From assembly GCA_037379345.1 (NCBI GenBank), contig CM074514.1:21018001-21082000 (forward strand): a stretch of 64,000 nt of DNA, written 5' to 3'. The stretch is from Perna viridis. Its lineage: Eukaryota. The translations under genes were made by a program, and so were the position numbers. Positions within the stretch are counted from its first letter, which is position 1. Every line of letters begins with the position of its first letter. The notes below the pieces were generated by a model, which worked only from the letters and a program-made list of their open reading frames with translations, searched no databases and had not been told where the DNA came from. This document shows positions 25,701 through 39,200 of the stretch, piece by piece.

Positions 25701-26519
25701 TAAGCAATTATGTAATATAAGTTTGACTGTAGAAGTTGTAGATTTACTTTGAGTAACTGTTGGCGCAAAGAGAAAATGTCAATAATCATACAAAATGAAA
25801 CGAAGTTTTATTATGCGATGGAAAAAAAAACAGGAACACAGAACAGTGCAACACTAAGAAAATGTAAACTAACAAAAATGTGATACGGTTCTAAATATAT
25901 GCAGGAAATTTTGCACAAGAATCTAGATATGTCACGAAACAATCTATAAGATGATTTATTATTATAATCAATGCAAAGCGGTTTATATACTACATTCCTC
26001 GTCGAAAACGTCAGGAGAGTTTCATTGTCAAATTGTACCAGCTCAAATTATTCGTTTGTAGCAGGATTACTTTAGAACATTTATTTTTTGTTTTTTTTAT
26101 GGTATAGACATTTCGCTGAACCAAGTATATAAGAGTTTCAAAGCAGTTTATTTTTCAGCTCCAAATGCACTAGCCTTCTCATTATTATTTCGAGTCACTT
26201 GAATATAAGAATAGGCTATAATTATCGCTTGATGAAAGTTCTATCGGATTTTAACTATATCGTAAAACCCCGAGATTACCCAAAATCTGAGTATTCTATG
26301 GAAGTTAGTGGTGACAAAAACCACCAAAAACATATCTTATATCTTTACCGTTAACTTAACTCTCCGTCAACCAACCACACGGGTGTACAGAAATTCTTAC
26401 CTGTCAGATGCCTCTAAAATTGTCACATTTTTAAAGCCGTTCTGGACCAAATGATTTGCAGCTGATAGTCCGGCTATACCGGCTCCAACGATGACAATTT
26501 TTGCTTCCTTGTTCGTCAT
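22750..26519 (-). CDS. Flavin-containing amine oxidase, polyamine/spermine oxidase-like (461 aa, 3 coding exons)
   Basis: Exons 26519-26401 ([30 protein letters not shown] GxGxxG), 25640-25491 ([16 protein letters not shown]) and 23866-22750 (..[28 protein letters not shown]). Both introns are GT-AG, phase 2; total 1386 nt. A probable non-coding upstream exon ends at 26725 (GTAAGT donor), with an acceptor at 26531-26532. Confidence 0.92.
24507..25466 (+). mobile_element. Non-autonomous Helentron-type element (HINE-like) in intron of the oxidase gene
   Basis: Starts CTAGAG...GCTCAC and ends (GAC)n-GACGCCAAGTGATGGC...CCAGGTGAGCTTAA, the recalled layout of bivalve HINE elements. Decayed. Confidence 0.55.
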
Positions 26520-27413
26520 TTTAGACCAACCTAAAACATCAATCAATGTATTGGATTCAAAAAGACAAATATTCTTCGCACACAATGAGACGCTTATTCA
26601 TTATACTACAAGGAATAAAGTATCAGTCGATTGACAAAGCCGAGAGCTTTTTAGCAAGAAAATTAAGCGATATTTTGATAGTCAATAAGAGAACGTTCAA
26701 TAGGCATTCAAAGAATGTACTTACCTCTTTCGCCTCTTCAAATCCGTTTAGTTTTTACACAAAATCCTTATTTCTTGGTTCCTTTTTATAGATCTAACCA
26801 AAATAATTTAAATAAACTCTCCTTCAACACACCATGTTCATATGACTATGACACAAACCAAATATTGGAAAGTAAACAACAGGGATAATTCAACTACTCA
26901 CGTTCATGTGTAGCGATTTTTAAATCTATTTTTTGTTACTTTCTTAATGTAATACCTGCTTAATTTGTAGATCTAAGCTAAGTCCAAAATTTAAATGTTT
27001 TATTATAATTTCATCCCTTGACAAACCCTTTTGCATCCCCCTGACCGCTTTTTTTCTTTTGTAAATCAACTACTACTACTCCCCATTAACAATAAAAGTC
27101 TTCAATTGATCGGTACAATTTATAGCACGTTCTACCTAAAAGTTCTTGGTAAGTAGAACGACAAAATTAAATGTATATACTATGTTCGATAGCTTATTTA
27201 AAAAATAAACATTTATTTTGTATACCCACCGTGAAGAAGCAAAGTCCAACTAAATCATTTCAATTCGTTTTTCATTCTTTTTTTTTATTTTTATTTTATT
27301 TTTTTTTTTTTTTTTTCATTCTTGCGTTCGTTCCGTTTTCTTCATCTGCTCTTGATATCGAACAACCAAAGGAAATTTGTCTAACTGAAACAAGTACAGT
27401 CTTAAACTGACAA

Positions 27414-27611
27414 TGTAACATCCAACAGTATCCTGAGTGAAATACTCTCCACCGGTGTAACATCCAACAGTATCCCGGGTGAAATACTTCCCAGCGGTGT
27501 AACATCCAACAGTATCCCGAGTGAAATACTTTCCACCGGTGTAACATCTGAGTGAAATACGTCCCACCGGTGTAACATCTAACAGCATCCTAGGTGAAAT
27601 ACTCTCCACTG
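27414..27611. repeat. Minisatellite, ~5 x 42 bp (one 31-bp deleted unit)
   Basis: Unit TGTAACATCCAACAGTATCCCGAGTGAAATACTCTCCACCGG at 27414, 27456, 27498, 27540 (short) and 27571. Confidence 0.9.
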
Positions 27612-27620
27612 AAGTTTTAT

Positions 27621-27674
27621 GAGTTTTATGCTGAGGAAGGATATCTGTTATCCGAAATATTCAATTTAAATTTT
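27621..27674 (+). ncRNA. Candidate minimal type I hammerhead ribozyme (Penelope-associated form)
   Basis: CTGAGGA-A-GGATA-TCTGT-TATCC-GAAA-TAT-T at 27631-27661: core boxes, a perfect 5-bp stem II and a palindromic ATAT stem III. Stem I is weak or bulged. Confidence 0.5.
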
Positions 27675-28273
27675 ACCATCTTCTGGTGATGTTAAACATA
27701 TTTAGACGTTTATATATATATATATATATTTGCCTTACACACCATGATACTTTCAAATGAAATGGGTACAATACACTCACGTGCATTAAAATACATCACG
27801 AAAATGATAATTTAAATTATGCATTTAATGAAAAACGCGAAACTTTGTGAAAGTCAGACAAAATGGGAAAGTCTGAAACATGCAAGTCAAAACAAGGCGA
27901 TCTAACTATATGATTTTATTCAAAGAAATCTCCTCTTTTTGAAATGAACATTTTTATCGCTCCATCACTTATTATGTGGTACTTTTCAATAGAATGTTAA
28001 AAAAAATTGAAGTTTTTGAGAGCGTTACGTGTACTTGAAATGTTCATTTGCAAGCATTTTAATGAAATTTCCAGTCATTTTGTCAAAATGAAATGACAGA
28101 TCTTGTTTTTCTTTCTTGATTCTAATGGTACAAATTACATATCTAAATGGTGGGTTATTACCTTACATGTTTCACACGTTTTCGTTGTTTCTTTTTTACC
28201 AAGCAATGGCATTACATTGTATATCTATTACAGAAACCATAAACTAATACCACAGAAAGCATGAAAAGATTTT

Positions 28274-28276
<3 letters not shown>

Positions 28277-28332
<56 letters not shown>
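28277..28332. repeat. (TG)n microsatellite
   Basis: About 28 uninterrupted TG units. Confidence 0.98.
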
Positions 28333-28334
<2 letters not shown>

Positions 28335-30222
28335 GAATTCTACATAGAAAAACCGTCATGAAATGAACCAAGGCAAAATAATCTAAAATATTAGAGATTG
28401 TTGTTCAATACAGCATGTATGTGTACAAAGCTTAGGCACCGTGCAACATGCGAGTCTTTGCCTGGCATTTTCGATGTCTTCCGCCAAGTAATCGAAGAAA
28501 GTGTCACTATTTGAAATACAGATTTCAGCAAGAGTTTAGAAAGAGCTACCTCCTTTTTCCATGCGAAATTTAACAGTTTACTTGGATTCTCATTGTTCGG
28601 TTAAGGGTTTTTTCGGTATATGTTCAGGATTCACTGCAGCCAATTATATTCGAGATATTTTCTGGTGTAATTAGTTAGATGTCAAAGTTAATGTTGATGG
28701 GAACAATAAAATGATTAGTATTAAATTTAATGTTTATAAACCAGTTCTTTTCGGTATATATCGAAGATTTATTTTATATTTCGGTTTTTGTCTTTTTTTT
28801 ATTTCACTACTACAATAAGACAACAATATACCATGTAACTACGATAATCTAATTTGTGCACTTGAAATTGAATCGAATCAGTTGATACAATGATTGAAAT
28901 GCACGTGCTCGTGCTTCATAACCTGACAAATTTCAAGTTAAAGCAATTGGAAGTAAAACTTCTGACATGAACTAGAATGTGGATGTAGCACGTGCAAGCA
29001 GTATATTTTAATGTTTTAAATGTTTGTTCATTGTTTGTGTGGTGATAGATTTCGAAATAGTAATATGAGCAGCGCTTCCAATAAGGATCCCGTTTTCTTG
29101 TCTCTGCGGTGGACGTTCGTTTCCTCCCTTACTGAACTCCGTTGACAGCCTTCATCAAACATTTAAAATCAATTTCCTTTTCCAAACTTTGCAAGATTCT
29201 TGCATTTTAAAGGTTGGCAAGCTCCAAACAGCGGAAGACGCACTCGTAACTTCACTTACGATTAAGTCCTGCTTAGGAAGACGGATCGCAGATCCGTAGC
29301 ATGTCATCAGTGTTCGGAGTTCGGTAAAATTAGGAGTCAAATTCCGTAACGGAAATTATTTTCGGAATCATTGCTTAATCAACTTTGTATTGATTATTTT
29401 GTAATTTTCTAATCAGGAAAAATAATTTCACCCCAAATTATACCCTACTTAACTTGGCAGAATGCTGTAGTTCGTTCGCAAAGTTACTTGATAGATATTG
29501 CATTGGAAGTTAAAAAATAATGTTTAAATGGTTAAATGATTTGTATTATGTTTTTTTAATTGCAGACAGTGTCTGTTTCCTTATATAAGACAAGAATATG
29601 TAATTAAGAGTTTTCTAGCTGGTTTTCATGAGGTCATCATAAGGTCTTCAACAAGAGTGAGAACGGTTTCTATTATTAGAATTTAATCTATTAATCGAGA
29701 AAAATCATGATATTTTCTAGATATTTTGGTAACAAAATAATTAAAACGAGTACTACTAAATGATTACTTTGTGTATTTTTTGTTATAATACGTATTTAAT
29801 TGTTACACGTCCAGTAATATTTAAGTGTCAAGTCCAGACTGAAAAACTAAACAGAGGAAATAAACAATGCTGAGACTTATGCCTACTTTAATGAAAACTA
29901 TGTTAAGTTTTTTCGCTGATTCATATTATACTTTAATCAATTATGCTACGCATACACGTCTTGAGAAAAAAAATCATTCTAGTTTGCAGTCTTGTTGAAA
30001 TTTTCAAATATTCCCTTAAACAAATACCAGGATAAGTCTTGAGTAATGACGCCAATAACGTTTTCGTGTACTAGAAATGAGATTTCCGGTGTAAATAAGG
30101 AGGCGGATCATTAATGGTTGTAATCTTACAGTTTCAAGTTAACAGTTATCAAAATAAGTGTAGTATAGATAACGACGAATATCAAGAAATAGATACGTTT
30201 TAACAATATATAATGAGACGAT

Positions 30223-33200
30223 ATGGGTACAATTCGTAACATTAAACTAGAGGGATGTGACATTTCTCCAGCTAAGGTTGAAGGATTACAGGAAACCTTT
30301 GGCTATCCACTGTTTGTTATTGCTAAGTCAAGGTGGGTATTGTTATGATTTATATTGAAATATACTTGATTTTCCTGTCGCAAGTTCAAACTATTACAAA
30401 CTTGGAGCCCGCATATCGACTTGTAAATACATAATCATATGGTGTACAGTTTCAATGACGTCGGCATCGTGCTATTTAACTCAAGTTTCATTTGAAATTT
30501 GAACTGCAGCAAAATAAAAGAAAAGACAATCTTGCTGATGCATGTTTAATTCGGGATCACATGTAAAATATCAATATGATTGACTGAAACTATCGTTTTA
30601 TTTTATAAGATGGATGCAGGACGATGAGGTGTCCAACTGTATCTCATGTAAGAACAAATTTAATCAGATCAGAAGGAAACATCACTGCCGAGTATGTGGT
30701 AAAATACTGTGTAGTAAATGTTGCAAAGAAAAGGTGAGATATATCAGAAAAAATGTGTAAATTGTTTCGTACATTACACTACAATGGATATATTGGTTGT
30801 TTCAAATACAGCATATGCCTTGTAATTCATGCAGTATTAGCATTCACAAGACTTGGCAATGTCAACATAGGCGTATTGTTTTGTTTTGTTTTGTTTGTTT
30901 GTTTTTGTTTTGTTTTTGTTTGTTTGGGGTTTTTTTGGGGGGTGTATTTCGTATTTTTTTGGTGCTTTCATTGCTTCGAACGTCGTAAAAGCTAGTAACT
31001 CACTTCAACTGATATTGCAAACGGAACAAGATATTAGCGTATTTTCTAATATGTCGCTTTGTCTATTGATTGTTATTTTTGCAACAGCCTTATAGGTTAA
31101 CAAAACAAAAACTGTGTAATATCTTTGATGATCAAAGCAACCGAGTGAGCACACAATGATATATTACAACCAACATGACCAATACTCTCTTTTAATACTG
31201 ATGTTGATAAACTCTCCAGATACCGCTACCACAGATAGGATGTGAAGAACCAGAGAGAGTGTGTGAAATTTGTCGTCCTGTCACAGAGCATCTTACTAAA
31301 TCAAGGTCAACCATGCTGGTGAGCCGCCTGCCTTTTAATACATGATCATTACATATTTACTTTTTCCATTAAGTAGCAGACTTAATAAATATCAGATGGA
31401 ATTTGATTCATGCATGTCTAAATACCACAAAATTCGCATTTATCCCTTATTCAGAAACAGTTCCAGACCACATAACCAGTCATTTGGTGGTTGCGCTTTT
31501 CAGATAAAATTATATAGATTGTACACGAAAATGGCACTTTGCAAGATGTATAGTTCTTGCTTTGGTTGATTTAAGTAGGAAATGAATGTGTAATTTTCTT
31601 AAAAATACAGATCTGTATGCAAAAAGAGCTATAGTAACCTAAGATATTACGTGTGTAGATCGAAAGGGACGATTTGTTCGGTGGGTTGTTCTGTACATTG
31701 TATCATTCATCTTTGTCATTTTCAGTATTTGAATTTTTATTTATTGTTACCTTATTAATGAAGGTATATCTTCAGCAAAATTTTGAAACGTCTTTTCATT
31801 TATGAATATAATGTCATACGGGAATATACATTTTTTTTATGTTCACGTAAACGATTTTTGAATTTGTGTATTTCTTCAGTCTTTTAAGTATGAAGCAGCC
31901 AAAGGTATCTTGAACTTATGCACAGACCCAAAAGGATTGTGCAAGGTAATGTTTTTACAGTTAGTTCCAACATATGTTCACGTGCATATTATACCACACC
32001 TCTTGGTTCTATGGCGTGGGTACTTTGTACTGATGACAGTGGTGTAGTAGACCTCGCTCCTTACATAATGTAAATCATAGAAAATCAAACTATAACGTGG
32101 TATATTTTAAAAGAAAACAATTCAAATCAGCCCTTGTGGTGTTCATAATTTCATAATTTGGTAAATAACGAAACAAACATTTTAATGAAACCCAATAACT
32201 TATTTTGATGTTAGAAATCTTGTCCTCAAAGAGGGTGGTATATATTAATTTAACTATTGTTTCGTCCTCTAAGTGGGTTTCCAACGCCATGTTTATAAAT
32301 TCAAAATTACCAATCGTATGAATATTGCAGATCTGGGTATGCTGTACATGTGTGTCAACATCAGCAGCATTAGAACCAGTAACCTAGGAATTTCATAATT
32401 AAAAAATAAATTGTATACAAGAAACATTAAGAAACAAAAATATGGAAACAGGAAGCCAAATATAGCAGAGAACGAATGAACGATGTTAAATTAGTATGAA
32501 ATATAAAAATTGGATCCATTTTCAGAATCTTTTATTTCATTTAACCCTGCACCAATTTGCCGTTTGACGACTAAGTTCATATATTTGCCATATTATTATT
32601 AGGGTAGGGATCGATGGTTATTTTTGCATGAGCTTCACTCAGTTTTCTATTTTTTTTTCATTTCTTACAACATGATAGAAGATCGTCACATTGTATTATA
32701 CACATTAACAAAAGCTGAAGTTTGATTTAATATATTTGTAGGTGGTTGAGTTGGGAGGTGTTCAGATGTTGGTATCTATGTCAAAAGAGCACTATCCAGA
32801 ATTGAGGGTACGAGTTTGTAAGAGCTATAAGAAGATTTTGAAGGATTAATTATGTGATAGGCAGATTCTTGATTGTGTTCATAGGACTATTTATAAATCT
32901 TAATTTTGGATTGAATAAGCTGGAAGAAATTTAGGCTCAGTATTTTTGATATGGTAATTTAATGTTGACATAATACATTTTCAGGCAGTACTATCAGAAG
33001 GTCTGCACGTTCTAGCTACCCATCCTTCACTCCATCAGATGTTGGTCACGGTAGGAATTATAAAGGCTGTGTGCTGGTAAGTAAAATATTAATCGCTTTA
33101 AAATGTATGTCAAGTTGAGTAGATGAATAGGATTAAAGAGCATAGTAAGAAAACAATGTGATATCGTCAAGATTTGTAAAGAATATAAATACCAAAGAGA

Positions 33201-36200
33201 CCTAAATTCTGAAAATATGCAGACTTTGTCTCATAGTATTTGATAAAAATTTGTTTCCTTTCCTATACCGTTCACATCGTGCATCATGTCCAAGGAATGT
33301 GTGGGATCAGTTGTCACATATAGACAGACAATTGTTTGATAGATTCAAACGGCAGGGATGAGATTATTTCGAGTTCGATGCTTTTACTGAGATGACTGTG
33401 GATGTCTATATAATGCTACTGATTGATATTGTAGGATAATTTCTGTTTCTGATGCAGTGGCAGAGGAGAAGACTGTTATAGATTCATTAAGCGCTCTGGC
33501 CATCTTCTGTAAACTTAATGAGTTTAAAGTGAGAGGTAAATCTTTTATTTTTTTATTTTTTACTACCGTCTTGGTACGGTTACTACCGTGTTGGTACGGT
33601 TACTACCGTCTTGGTTACTAATAGGTATAGTGACTTTCAAATTGTAAAAATCAAAGGAAAAAAAGGGACATAAGGGCAACCATGTATATAGAATAATCAG
33701 CAACTCGAAATTATCAGTATACTGGTGGAAGTAACCAGGTAAATCATCAAAATGTCAGCAACTCGAAATTATCAGTATATTGGTGGAAGTAACCAGGTAA
33801 ATCATCAAAATGTCAGCAACTCGAAATTATCAGTATACTGGTGGAAGTGACCAGGTAAATCATCAAAATGTCAGCAACTCGAAATTATCAGTATATTGGT
33901 GGAAGTAACCAGGTAAATCATCAAAATGTCAGCAACTCGAAATTATCAGTATACTGGTGGAAGTGACCAGGTAAATCATCAAAATGTCAGCAACTCGAAA
34001 TTATCAGTATACTGGTGGAAGTAACCAGGTAAATCATCAAAATGTCAAGAGTCTTCTTTTTTATATGTTTGAATATGTTCATAGCAAATCCGATTGCATT
34101 CAGAAAAGATGACAAATTATGAAGGTTTAACATATTTACCGGCCAATGAGTTCAAATGAATTTCCTGAACGATGAAGCGGTAATGAAGAGTCCAGACAAT
34201 CATTTCAAAATACATGTATAAATCATTATTTGATGCAGTTTAATGGGTTACGAGAGCTACCGTTGAAATACTGACGTTGAGCTAATAAACAAAAGAAAAC
34301 AAAATGCTCCAAAAGTTTATATGTTAGTCGTTAAACATGGCCCAGTATCAAAATGTAAGGCAGACGTATTGTATATAACTCATACTAGATGATGAAATCG
34401 TAAGTATTTTAGGCAATAAATAAAGGATTTGCGTGATGACAAAAGCTTCAAAAAAGCAAAAGAGCGAGATATTGTAGTATAATTTGGTGCGTTTCTTATC
34501 CCTTTTTTTTAGTGATAAATATATTGCATCTTAACCACAATTACTCACTTTATACCTAGCTAAGGTCAAACTTTTCATTTGTTTAATCCAAGCGCTTGAT
34601 GATGGGGCCCTTGATGCTATTCTTAAACTATTCCGAGCGGAGACAAGTTCAGCCATATCTCTGGTAGCTGTTAGTACACTAGCACTGTTGATGGAAAATC
34701 CTAATACTCATCATAAAATAATGGATAGTCCTGGAAATATACTCAAAAACATACTCATACTAGCTGGTTCAGATGATGAAACTGTAAGTATTTTACGATA
34801 CAAGATTGTTATGTAAGTGTTTGTGTAAAAAGCGCCTGAACTCTGTTTTCACATGAGAAAAGTTGTCAATTGGATTATTCTTTTTTTATTCGATATCCAT
34901 AAATTGTTCCCTAATTTAATTTACTTAAAAAAAAACATTACTTCGATATAGTTCTAACATATTCGTTCTGTATATATTTTCACAGATGCAGGAGATAGCG
35001 TTTAAAACATTGTCACAGTTATCCATGGGAACAGACTCACACAGACATAAAATAGTGCAGGTAGAGTAGTTTAACATCTCAAGACACAAATATGCAAACG
35101 GTTGAAAATCTTAGTTCTTTACCAGGTATCCTGTGGTTTTTCTATACAATTTGTTAATTTCCAACGACTTTGAAAGTAAACAAATAATTGGTAACAACAT
35201 TAACCAACAAGAAGACTGTTCTGTATTCTCTCTAGTTCTGCAAACCTTTCCAATGTCAGAATTTTCCTGGTCAGGAACAGAGCAAGAATTTTTAGAATGG
35301 TGTCATAATAAATTCTATAATCAATTCTGTAGAAACAGTATACAGATAATGTGTATGCTTTCAATTTATTTGAACATGTTGGTTTAAAAAGACCGTTTGT
35401 CTAAAAAAAAACAGCTAAGTGTAGAATTTTACACAGATCGTTCTTGGGTGGAATCGACAGGGAATCGCCATAGAATATAAATTGTCAAGGATAGGCTATG
35501 GCCCTCACAGAGGTTGTCATTAATAGTACTAGAGTTGTCAGCAAGGCAGATCTATAATCGCAATCCCGACGATTTAAGTTTATTCTAAAGAGATGTTAAG
35601 AGTGATCTCCATCGTAAGCATAAATATTAATGGTTAGTAAAGATTTTTTTTATGACAGACCAATATGTAAGTATTTCAACTGAGTACTAGTGAAACTTTG
35701 ATACTTGGTACATCAGATAAACAATTATCATGTGGAAAAAGATCGATGTTTCCTAAAAAATATTTCTGAATTTGTAGGAGGACTTTTCAGCTGGTCAGAT
35801 GATGTTAAAAGCATTGAGAAGTAATCCAAAGAATGATCAAATCTTGTGTAATGCATCTTGTCTTGTTGCCAACTTGGCCACAAGTGCCGAAGATCAGGTA
35901 TTGCTATGTTATATTGCGAACGTTGCATTTTATTTTATGTTACCTTAGCCAAGTTTCATAAATATTCTCGAATTGATATTTTCCTCAAACCTTTCAGTTT
36001 TCCAACATATTTTAGATTTATACCAGCCAACTGATCAGACTTGAATTTTGAAGTATTCGAAGAAACTCTTAAAAGAGGGTCCTTCAGATTTCCTTCAGTG
36101 TTCCTTACCATGTCTAATCTATAATAAGACTCTGTCATTTTATTGCATTATGAACTTTCAAAAAGGTCACGTGTATAGGTAATAGTTTCAGCTTGTCAAG

Positions 36201-39200
36201 TTGTTCGAGAATTGCTCAATGTGTTAATGGTGATAAGAACATATGTTATAGGGAGGTCTACAGGAACTTATGGCTTGTTTATGTGAAATAATGAAATCAG
36301 ATACAGAAAATGGTGTACTGCTTACAAATGTATCCAGAGGAATAGCTAACTTTGCTGCATATCAACAAAACTCGGACAAATTGGTTTGTAACATTCAGTT
36401 CAATTTAAATTTTAGTCCAGAAAGTGTGGCTAGAGTAGTTGAGAGAGAGAATAAATATCTGAGAAAACAACTCGATTAAATACAATTGAACAACCGTACG
36501 AAGCAGATCTCATCAGCTTATTCCTATTTGACATCAACAAAAAATGGGCAAAAAAACCGAAGCGTCAGTAGTGGGATGATTCAATACATTAAAATCCAAA
36601 AACATGGTCTAAACGTGAGCACATGAAACAGAGACGATCTACAGACAAAATTTGAAGAACCGAATAAAAAAGATTACACATACATGTAATAAGTAAAGAT
36701 AAGGGAAACAAGACGTCACACGAAGAAACTAAAGCATTAGCAATTAGAAGTCCCACAAAAAACAATAAAAACTCGTGTTTTTGTCTATTTCTTTCATACC
36801 AATATATACTTACCCATATTTTACTCATGGTATATATTAAGTATACAAATAGTTCTTGTGTTTTAGTATTATGTTTTTTCATAATTGCGGTTTTCATTAT
36901 TTACGTATGAGTATCAGATACATGTATAATTACCATATCATATGATTAGCATACGTTTCTCATATGTAGATATTGGCTCGATCAGTTATTATCTCATGCA
37001 TGGCACGTTTACTGTGTAGTGACAAGTTTCTTTTTAAGAAATTCGAGAAAAAATAAGTTTTTAGTCTCGACAGTTATAAAAAATAACCCTGATATCTAGT
37101 TATGAATTGTAATTAATGTTTTATCAAAGATATTGTCAAAAGTAAACAAAATAGTTGTTAAACTGTTCAAACTAGTATGCAGATTTACATTTCAATATTT
37201 GCGTGTTGTTTTTAACCATTAATTTACTTTTTGGTTTTACTTACATAGCTTCACCATCTACCCGCAATAGTGAACAAACTTCTGAAGACCACCAATAATA
37301 ACATTAAAATTCATGGTATGAGAACAGTGTTATGTCTGTTATCAAAGAAACCCAGTAATACTGTGGAGGAACTGCTTAGGTTAGTTATAAAGAAATAACA
37401 TAAATGCACAGTTAACATTTTTTACATCTTATTTACTGTTTTTGATATAAGTGATACGTTAAATACAAATGCTTGTGAACACACTCCCGTGACAAAAAAT
37501 AATATTCCTTTCTGGATTGGAATATAAAAGCTTGTGGCAACTAATCTTACTCTGGTTATCTCTCTTTTCTTTTAAATTTCAAAACGGCTTACTGTGGATT
37601 TAAATTCGTTTTATAAAACCCCATTAGAGCTTTGTCTTTATACTTTTTTTGTTTATAAACAATCGACTCTCTTACTTTTATTTATTTAAAATCATATTAC
37701 ACTATCTTTACCTGACTTGTTATGTGAGCATATTGGGATAACCATATCGTGTTTTGTTGGTTCTTTGTTCTGAAAATGTATACTATTAATATACTTTTTC
37801 ATAGCATCTAAAGTTATCAATTTATACGAAAGCGTATATGTCTCTCTTGTTATTGCCTTATATAGCAACTTCAAGACTTTATCAATACGCCGTTGATGTC
37901 TTATTACAAGCTATGAACACTTATTTAAATCGACTTGCCATGTTATAAGCGAATAACATCAACTTAGTAATGAACCTTTAGTGCGTTGCGATGGATACAT
38001 CGACTAAATGATGGTGGCCTTATTTTACGATTGGTTGAAGAATCTTAATACCACGTTCCTTAGAGTGTAAAACAAGCTCATGACCACTTATTTGAGTCCA
38101 CTTGCCATCTTACATTTGCATAAGCGAACAACATCAACTTAATACGAAATCTTAATTCAGTTTCTTAAACTTGCCATGAATAAAGCACTGATGCTGTAAA
38201 ATTTTAACCAAGCAAACAAAAAATTCTCCTTTTATCTCATATTTTATCGCAATATGGTCTTTGAGAAATTAGGGGTTTAAGGGGCCAAAAATGTCAATTT
38301 GATCACTTTGTAGATTTTTCTCATCAGATTTTAATGATAATTCGCTAAAATGTAGATTTATTTGGTTGATTTGATCTATTGATTGTCATTTTTAAAGGAC
38401 AAGGGCCCAAAGTTAAAACCCGCCTAAATGCGAACTTTTTTTTTTATCTGTGGACAGATTTTTTTTTTAATGCATCATGCACTGCATGTGACAAAGATGC
38501 TTAGACAATCTACTATTCTCTGCATGTTCAAGGCAATTTACTATCCTGATGATGCTGTCGTATCATGCTGCGCTCGTCGAAGCTTTTTATTATATTTTTT
38601 GTAATATGACAGATTGAAATTTCGCTCAATGTAGATGGATTTGAATAGATTGCAAAGAAATGTTGTATAAGAAATTTGGCATGATACAAAAAGTCTGCGT
38701 AGTTATGGCAAGCTCTGGTATAACATATGAGTTGTGATATGAAACTCCATATGCAGGTGCTGATGGGATGTTGCCACAGATGAAAGGAAAGTTGACAATT
38801 CTGAATGAAAAGTCACCACGTTTGTCGTATAGTTTGGTCAGTAGTTTTCCTTTACCATCAATTTTTAAGCGTAGGTCAAGATATGAGGTTGACTTCACAG
38901 TGACTGTAGTATCCTTCATCTCAAGTTCATCGGGATAGATGCGATGTATTAAATCCCTGAAACTAGGATTATTAACGATAAAATGTCATCTATACAACGA
39001 AAACTGAGATTAAAGGATTTAGCTGAACGATGTTCTTTATTTTGGATCAGAACGGATATAAAGTCAGCTTCATAAGATTGAAGGAATAGGTCAACAAATA
39101 GAGGAGCATAATTGGTTCCCATTAGCATGCCGAACATTGTTTTTAAAGAACAAAATTGAAACTTTGAACATTTTTACAACTGGCTCCATACTAAAATGAT

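Noticed and set aside
33697-34047. Regular repeats with internal hairpins (also 7175-7344 and 27414-27611) as possible CRISPR arrays
   Set aside because: Units are contiguous with no unique spacers, there are no cas genes, and the context is eukaryotic intron or intergenic DNA.
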